In this document: positions 55,968 through 64,000 of the stretch, piece by piece
Position numbering within the stretch: the first letter of the stretch is position 1
Layout of the letters: every line of letters starts with the position of its first letter
From: the human T2T-CHM13v2.0 reference genome, Homo sapiens
Strand: one strand, 5' to 3'
Assembly (NCBI RefSeq): GCF_009914755.1
Contig: NC_060942.1
Length of the DNA stretch: 64,000 nt
Translations under genes and position numbers: made by a program
The notes under the pieces: generated by a model
Database searches by the model: none
Seen by the model: the letters and a program-made list of their open reading frames with translations, nothing else
Told to the model about the DNA's origin: nothing

Positions 55968-56939
55968 ACCTGCCTCCCCAAAAGTGTGCATTTTAGATTC
56001 CTCCAGGAAAACCTGTTTATTAAGCAAATCTGAATATATCAAACTTAAAGCTGCAAGGAAGAATGTCCCCTTTTCAAAGTCTTAGTGATTATTCAAAAGG
56101 AGGAAGTTAAGAAAGGATGATTATAGGGTTTGGTATCCGGGCTTAATGGTTTGGGTAGGTCTTTCAAAGCAAGAAAGTAGTTGGCATCAGGCAGTTTGAT
56201 ACATAGTAATTTAGAGCTGCTAAACATGATGGGCAAGGGTCTTAAGTTCTTTTGAGTAAACCATTGTCCTAATAAGAGAGCTGTTTTTTTCCATATAAGC
56301 AAACCGCTCAAGTAAATTGGTATGCAAGTAATATGGTTTGGGTGTGTATACCTTTCAAATCTCATGTTGAAATGTGATCCCTGATAGATGCTGGAGGTGG
56401 GGCCTGACAGGAGGTATTGGATCATGGGGGCAGATATCTCATGAATAGCTTAGTGCCATCCCCTTGGTGATGAGTTTTTAGTTTGTTCACAAGAGATCTG
56501 GTTGTTTAAGAGTATGGGACTCTCCTTCTCTCTTTCTTGCTCTCTTTCACCATGTGATACACTGGTTCCCCCTTCTCCTTCTGCCATGATCGGAAGCACC
56601 CTGAGGCCAGACCAGGAGCAGATGCTGGCATCTTGCATCTTGTACAGCCTGCAGAACTGTGAGGCAAAATAAACCTCTTTTTCAAATTAATTACCTAGCT
56701 TCAGATATTCCTTTATAGCAACACAAAATGGACTAACAGCAAGAAATTCCCGATGCTAACAGTAAAATTATGTTGACCCAAGCCATCTCATTTTTTAGTC
56801 TAAGAGCTATGTTGGGAGGTCTCAGGTTTAGTCCCCTTGTCCTCCCTCTTTGTAGTCTTCTCCAGCCTGAGCTTTCAGTTACTTGTTTTTCTATTATGTG
56901 TATTATTTTCCAGTTACTTTCAGTGGGGGAGCCCATCAT
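55968..56939 (-). mobile_element. ERV1 LTR, MER34/MER39-like, split by an MST LTR
   Basis: Minus strand reads CTTTGAAAGACCTACC...AAACCCTATAA...CACTAAGACT...AACAGGTTTTCCTGG...TTTTGGGGAG, like the MER34/39 3' part. Subfamily and the extent beyond the MST are uncertain. Confidence 0.55.
56329..56738 (+). mobile_element. MST (MaLR) solo LTR
   Basis: atatggtttgg...caaatctcatgttgaaatgtgatccc...cagcctgcagaactgtgag...aaatggactaaca. Perfect 5-bp TSD gcaag at 56324-56328 / 56739-56743. Confidence 0.92.
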
Positions 56940-56964
56940 TACTGGGAACAGAAGTAAAACATAC

Positions 56965-58125
56965 ATTATTTAATTTCCAGATATTTTGGGATTTTTCCAG
57001 ATATCTATCTGTTATCAATTTCTACATTGATCAATTTGTGATTAAATAACAGAATTTATAGGACTACAGTCCTTTTAAATTTGTCAAGGTTAGTGTTATG
57101 GTCCATGGACATGTTCCATGTATATTTGAAAAGATGATTTATTCTGCTGTTGTTGAGTAGAATATAAATGAAATTAAATTGGTTTACAGTGTTGTTCAGA
57201 TTTTCCATCTCTTTAGTGATATTCTGTCTATTGGTTCTGCCAATTGAGAGAGAAGTGTTGACATTTTGTTATAATTTTGATATTTTATTTTATTTTATTT
57301 TTTGAGACAGGGTCTTGCTCTGTTGCCCAAGCTAAAGTGCAGTGGCATGATCTTGGCTTACCGCAACCTCCATCTTCTAGGCTCAACTGATCCTCCCACC
57401 TCAGCCTCCAAATAGGTGGGACCACAGGCACATGCCACCAAGCCTGGTTAATTTTTGTATATTTTGTAGAGATGGGGTTTTGCCATGTTGCCTAGGCTGG
57501 TCTCAAATTCTTGAGCTCAAGTGATCCACCCATCTTGGCTTTCTGAAGTGCTGGGATTACAGATGTGAGCCACCCTGCCCAGTGTGATAATATAATTAGA
57601 CTGCAATTAAAATATCCTATTTTAATTATAAATTATTTTATATAATTAATCTTTCACTTTTATGAGTTTTGCTTCATGTTTTTTTAAGTTCTACTGTTAG
57701 ATGCATACACATTTAATATTGTGTGTCTTCTTGATAAATTAATCCCTTTATGATTTTGTAATCATCGTACTCTCTGGTAATTAATATTCTTTGTTCTGAA
57801 GTCTACTTTGTCTCACATTAATTTTTCCATCTCTCTTTTGATTAATGTTTTCATATAATGTCTTTTTTCATGTTGTTTTTAGCATTAACGTATCTATTCT
57901 TTACAATAAAAGTTGGTATTTTATAGATGACAAATAGTTATGGTTGTTACCCTGCTTGACAATCTCTGTCTTTTACTTGCAGTATTTAAACAAGTTACAT
58001 TTAATGTTATGATTAGTATGATTGTATTTAAATCTACCATCTTGCTAGCTGTTTTATACTTGTCCCATGTCTTCTTGGATCCCTTTTCTTCTTTTTCTGA
58101 CTCTTGTGAATCAATTATTTTTTCC
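56965..58125 (-). mobile_element. Old L1 ORF1/ORF2 junction region, interrupted by AluJ
   Basis: ttgggatttttccagatatc...tattctgctgttgttg...gttctgaagtctactttgtct...tttaaatctaccatcttgcta. Confidence 0.75.
57281..57582 (-). mobile_element. AluJ element
   Basis: (TATTT)n tail; gagacagggtcttgctctg...gagctcaagtgatcc. Confidence 0.9.
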
Positions 58126-58271
58126 ATTGCTATTGTTCTGATAAGCTCACTCTGTACCCAGATAGCAAACTCTTGTCCTTATAAAACCATTGTTTTTCCA
58201 AATTTGCAAACTATTTGCCTGGATAAAGTAAAGTGCAAGAATTTTCTAAAGATAACAGTGCAGTTATTTAT

Positions 58272-58466
58272 TGCAAGGAAGAATGTCCCCTTTTCAAAGT
58301 GTTAGTAATAATTCAAAAGGAGGAAGTTAGGAAAGGATGATTATAGGGCTTTGATATCTGGGCTTAGTGGTTTGGGTAGATCTTTCAAAGCAAGAAACTA
58401 GCTGGTATCAGGCAAAGTTTGATACATGGTAATTTAGAACTGCTAAACATGATGGGCAAGGGTCTT
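58272..58466. repeat. Second copy of 56052-56243 (direct duplication)
   Basis: Manual alignment gives about 15 differences over ~192 nt; offset 2220 bp. Confidence 0.93.
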
Positions 58467-61400
58467 GCTATCACATCTTTCTTCATGATGTTTACCTAGA
58501 GCAAACAATTACATTATGTTGACACAGGTCATCTCAGTTTTAGCCCCAGTAACTAGGTATACTTTATCTACAGAGTAAGAAAAGAGATAAAGTATAGCAT
58601 TATTACACACTTGAATATTATACAGTAGCAAACATTAATATAGCATATGAATTAACATGAAATTGATGAATCTGAAAAACAGTAAAGAGGGCTGGTTGTA
58701 AATGAATGCCTCCAGTATGAAATCATTCACTTATGAAAGCCTAAGTAGTAATACTACAAATGCAAGCAGGGAAATGTTGAAAGCAAAATCCAAAAGAGTT
58801 CCGTGTCCCTTCTTTCACAAGGAAAAAGAGAAAGTTATGAACAGGGAGTGTTACCGTGGGAGCATCAGTAATGCTGTCCATTTATTAAGATCAGTGAGCT
58901 ATTCATGGTTCTTCAATTTATATATGTTTAAATTCAATATACATTATATACTTCTGATTTTTCAAAACACATTAAGAAGGCAAAAATGCTTACTTGTATA
59001 GTTCCCAAAACATAATCTGTCACCTTCTTTCCTTTCTAATGAAGCATCAGCTGACATTCAGTCATCAGGAAATCTGGGCATTTTCAAATTGCCTCTATAC
59101 TCCAGCCCTCAGTTTTCTCTCTGCAAGATAAGAAGATAATGTTGTTATGATCACTAAGGTATCTTACAGAAATAAAATCCTTTGATTTTTATTCAAACCT
59201 ACTGAATGCATACTTCTTGGTTTCAATTAATTGCTGTGTTCTAATTACTTATTTGTGATCCTCAGACTTCAATTAAGTAGAATATTAAAGAGATTGGATA
59301 TAATTTTCAGGTAGATGGTAGGAATAAAGGTCAAGAAACACCCCTTTGTTTAAGTAGGTAGGTGGAAATATGAGCATGCTAAACTTTACTTCCAATAAAA
59401 AGCTGCCTGGATCTGAATATTTTTTGTGTGTATAATTTTTGATATTCTTCATGGAAGATTTGCCTTCATAAGAATTACAAGGCTCAGGATACTGGAAACC
59501 GGATTAACTCTCTTTTCTCCTTCAATTCAGGAATTAATTAAACTTCGATTTCTCTCTGTGTGGTTAACATTAATAATTGACACGGGAGTGTTTTTCTGTG
59601 ATTTCCTACAAGCTAGCATTTGCCATCATGGAAGTATTAATACTATCACACCCACTAATCAAGGGCAGCCTGTGTGTTGTGTGAAATCATAAATACATAG
59701 CCGTAGGGACCTGGAAATAATTGCTAATGAACTTTAGTCTCTCTGACAGAGCACACAGCCTTGGACCTCTAGCCTGCCCCATTGTTTCCTTCATTCCCCT
59801 AATGTCAAACCCTAACCAAATACTCTGGAGTTTCCTCTCTTCCCTACCTTCTTTTCTGTTTGTTCCCCACCTCAGAATGCTCAGACTACAGCCACCAGAT
59901 CGAGACTGCTCCTTTCCTAAAGATTTGGATTTGCTAGCAAGGGAACTTAGAGGCAGGAATATTGCATCTGACTACAGCTTTAAGTCCCCAAAGAGGCAAG
60001 GCCCCCTGAGACCCTCTTCAGATGCTAATATTCGCACAAAGTGCATTGGCCCCAGCTGGCCTTCACCTGCAGCCCTGACAGGCAGGAGCCTTCAGAATGA
60101 GATCCTGGTTTCCATAAAAATAGGAAGGGCACACATGGTAAATAACAGAGATCTAGCACAAGCTATAAAATGATTTGAAGTCTGCTTCCAGACAGTTAAA
60201 ACTAATTGCTGTGAACACAAAGCCCAGACAGGAGTGCCCCCTCCCCTTTACTTTTTGTGATTCACGTGAGATGGGGTGACTTGAATCTTCTGCTAATGGC
60301 CACACCTAAAATTAATCAATGCCACTAAATTTAAGATGCAGCCATCGTTGTTAATATTCAAATATGTTTTAAGCACAGGAGAAAAGTGCTGCATGGTAGT
60401 GTGACACATATTAATGGATCATTTAGAATTGTCCTTAGCTGTTTCCTTGGTTTTATGGGGGGTACCCAGTTGAAATGTAGCATTATCATTATGATTGCTA
60501 GTCTCCTGACTGCTTTTCTATTATTGCTGGCCATAGTTTGCAGCCCGTTCATCCTGTTTTTATAAAAGAAATTTGTAAGTGAAAAGCTACTTAATTCACC
60601 AATGTATTCCAGATTATAGTAAGCTAATACCAGCCAGGAGGACTCCTTCCTTTATCCTCTCTTTTGGAACTAACTTAGAGATGAGCTGTAAAATCCTTTT
60701 TATGTCCCTCCTTTCTTTTCATATGATATGGTATATAGGATATCAGTGAGGCAGGATATTAACTAAGCTCCCCTTACCAGATCCTTTGTTTTAAGAATAC
60801 AGTGATTTAAAGAAGTGATTTCCATGCTTTTTTAATTTAGAGACTCTTGACATTAAAAAAAAGTATTCACTCAATATTTGAGAAGCCTTTTTAGTTTCCA
60901 TTGTTTTATAATTTACACATGGATAATATACATTCAGTAATGTCTTAAAGTGAATGTATATTTAGTTAATTGTAATTGCATCTTTATATATATTTGGGAA
61001 TGATTATATGTATATGTGAAAGATGTTTATTAGGTCTCCAGATAGTGTTTAGTACATATGCATATAATTTCCAGGATGCCTCTCAAAATCTTTATGACCT
61101 TTTTAGCAGTCCTCTCTCTCTTCTGATAAGGAACTAAGAATCTAGTGGGAGAAAATTCCATGTAAGAAGTCAGCAGGCTGGGATTTTGTCTGCTTTCAGT
61201 CGTTTGTGCCCTCTTGTCCTTCCATTCAACCTCTCCATACTTGTTTCTATGCTGTAAAATAAGGGTAACTTATACCTGCCAATTTACTGCATAGGTTATA
61301 GTGGAAATGATATTCAGTAATAAGAGCTAAATATATACTTGGAAAATATAAAAACTATTCAGGATGCTGTATCTACTTAATTAGGACTATACATTTTATA

Positions 61401-62677
61401 CTTTGACAGAGGATAAGATACTATGTATATTCTCATATTTAATTAGGTAAGAACAACTTTGAGATTCTTTAAAAAAAAGAAAATATAATGTTAAAATCAG
61501 GAAGTGGATGAAATCCCAAAATGCCTTAGAAGTTGCAATTTTTTCCCCAAAATTAATCAGGCTTCACAATAAAGACAATTAGAAGAAGAGGAGTTAAAAC
61601 TTTTTTTTTCAATTTGCCAATATTCAAAATATATATATTGTACATGTGCTTTTTGCCAGATGTAGCACTTTGTTCTCAGGACTGAGATAAACAGTTGCAT
61701 GTTTAATTTGACTGTAGAATAGATAATCTGTATATGAAGTATTTCCTATTCTTTTTTCTTTCTGTTCTTTTTTTTTCCTTCTTCGCATTTCTTCCAGGAT
61801 TTTTCTTAGTGAACAATCTGACATTTTCAAGAACATCTGTAAAATTATAAGTATTAAATTTGGCTACCTACTGTTTGTACATAAAGATTTTATAAATTTC
61901 AAAATAATAATACTCTTGTTGATGTGGTTTAAGCTTGAGCTATTCATACTTTGGGGTTTTATATTATCATCGTCTACTTGAAGGATGAATATGTGTGACT
62001 TTTCATGTGGAAATAAAATTGTTCTCTTATTAACTTCAATTTTAGTAAGTAAATAGAGAAATAAATAAGAAAAAGGAAAATCCATATATTCTAGTACATT
62101 GGTTACAATGACTCTACTTTCTTAAATATCCTTTAAAACAATTTTGACATTATAATAACTATCTTGGACCAAAAGTTCTATGTTTATATACTTACTTTAT
62201 GTTATTTCTTACAGCAAATAGTCTACTGCAGGGTACCACTATTAATCAGACTTCACTTTATGCAAAAAATTAGGGATTGTATAAGGATGTAGAAAGATTT
62301 TTTAAAATTTGTTATTGGTAAATTAAAGGGCATTTCTCCATGGATTAAAATTGATCTTCAACAGCTTCTTGTCCCTGAAGCACTGTAGTTCTTCAGTGGG
62401 CAGTCTGCAGCAGAAGGCATACCGCTATGCTTCTCTGTAATGTTAAAGTTGCCAGTGATTTGGAAGAGAGATGAAAAAAAGTTAGAGGACTGAGTAGGTG
62501 GTGACTCAGCCCTGGCATAAGGAAATGAATTTTGCTATAAATAAGTGTTAAATATCTGGTATCTATAGAAAATAATAATCTTCACATAGAGGAAAGCGAT
62601 AATAAGTTTTTTGGCATATTTGTCCAGAAGATAAAACTTCTTCAGAAAATATATGGTTAAATTATAAAGATCACTTT

Positions 62678-64000
62678 CACTTCCAAGAATATGGAATAGA
62701 CATTCTTTTCCCTATTCCTCATGCTAAATGCAATGAAAAATTCTGGACATTTTTACAGTGTAAGGCTGAAATTAAGATTCCATATTATCTGCCCTGATAT
62801 GTGAAACTAGGAGAGCAGTCCCCCTGTTCTCTCCAGATATGCCCCCATCCCCTCCATGGGAAAGGCTCCTCACCCAGGTAGTCTCCCTATCAGGAAGATC
62901 AGCTTTACCACACCCAGTCCTCAAACTAATGGCTTTCACTCTCCTCCTGCCTGCAAACTTATTCTGATAAGCTAATCACATCTTCCCATGGGGACCACGG
63001 GGCACCTCAACTTCTTGCTGCTACAAAGCCTGCCTTCCATAGCCTCGACTGGTTCACTCTGTTCCCAAGTGCAACTCCAATGTGGCCCTGCATGCCATGT
63101 GGCACCCTCCTGCTCAGGGTGGCTGTGAGTGAGTATATGTGAGTCATGAATAGCTGTTGGTCTCAACTGTCAGGTGTCAAGTTTTTGGCCATCTCATACT
63201 GTTTAGGGTAAGGGATCCAAAGGTGAATAGTAGGCAAGCAAAACATATATGGAAATTTTTAAAAAAAGGCCATCTAGGGAAGTTTAGAGTCAAGGAAAGA
63301 TATGGTGAGTTCCCTGTTTTGTTTTTCTGCCTCATATAACTCAGAGTTAGAGCTGAGGAAGCCAGCAACTTGGAAATGCGATGGATGTTGACCAAAAAGC
63401 CCCAACCACAGCCTTCTCTTTCTAGTCAAAGGACCAGAAAAGGGGCAGCCCATTAAGAGGAAACAAAATGTAGGCAATAGATACTCTAGTATAGCCAAAC
63501 GCCACAGGAAAAGACTGTGGCACCACCCACACACATAGCAGTAAACTTTGAGTGGGGAACCTAGACTTCCACTCTCACCAGGTTGTAATGAAGTACACTA
63601 ACTTGCCTGCCAGGGTGAGGTCAGAGGAGACCAAGTGGGGAGCTGGGACTATCATTCCTGCTAGATGATAACAAGCCCCCACTCTTTTGGCAGTGTTAGG
63701 GAATACAATGTGGTGACCCTGGATTTCACCCACCCCCATCCAGCAGTAAATAGGGAAATCTCCCACTTCTGGCCAGGGAGGTGGCAGTGGAGGCCTAGAA
63801 GAGAGGCAGAGCTGCAAACCCTACCCAACAGTGCGAGAAACTTCTCCCACCCTAGGTGGCCAGTGGAGGCCCAGAGGGGAACCCAGACTTCTACTCACAT
63901 CTGCCATCAGTGAAGAAGGAGCACTTCTTCCCTGCTGAAGTGGTATCAGAGTAAACTTCTAAAACAGAAGGTTTAAATATGAAGTAGGTTCTTATTTGCA
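62678..64000 (+). mobile_element. Old L1 (L1MC/L1MD-like) 5' UTR, interrupted by an LTR; runs off the window
   Basis: cacttccaagaatatggaatagac...ggtgagttccctg...gaagccagcaac, with repeated cagtggaggcc subunits. Confidence 0.58.
62759..63235 (+). mobile_element. ERVL LTR, MER73/MER88/LTR53-like
   Basis: tgtaaggctgaaattaag...ctacaaagcctgcc...ggttcactctgttcccaagtgcaac...tgtggccctgc...gagtatatgtga. Confidence 0.6.

Noticed and set aside
59721-60173. Longest ORF (150 aa)
   Set aside because: TTG start, no recognisable homology and no clear splice framework.
62375-62437. Two small adjacent hairpins
   Set aside because: Stems are short and imperfect, with no tRNA, snoRNA or other ncRNA signature.

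Overview
AT-rich, CpG-poor mammalian non-coding DNA, almost certainly human: it carries a full-length AluYb8, a human-specific subfamily, at 16002-16321. I see no credible protein-coding exon, RNA gene, CpG island or CRISPR array. The supplied ORFs are short and mostly overlap Alu, L1 or LTR sequence. A large part of the window is interspersed repeats: about 15 Alu/FLAM/FRAM copies, many old L1 fragments, L2, MIR, DNA-transposon relics and LTRs (MER4A1, THE1, MST, MLT1, MLT2, LTR16, and MER41-, MER34/39- and MER73-like). Repeat families were recognised by eye against remembered consensus sequences, so subfamily names and old-element boundaries are approximate. The most notable structures are: a ~42-bp pre-miRNA-like hairpin made by inverted duplication of a MIR tail (11360-11459); a perfect 38-bp palindrome nested in a 20-bp direct repeat (31205-31270); a ~92% identical local duplication of an old LTR segment (56052-56243 / 58272-58466); several + strand splice-signal candidates, including a 21-nt microexon; and repeat-free blocks with developmental-enhancer motif grammar. 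I cannot name the locus and do not claim a new biological system; these are testable candidates.
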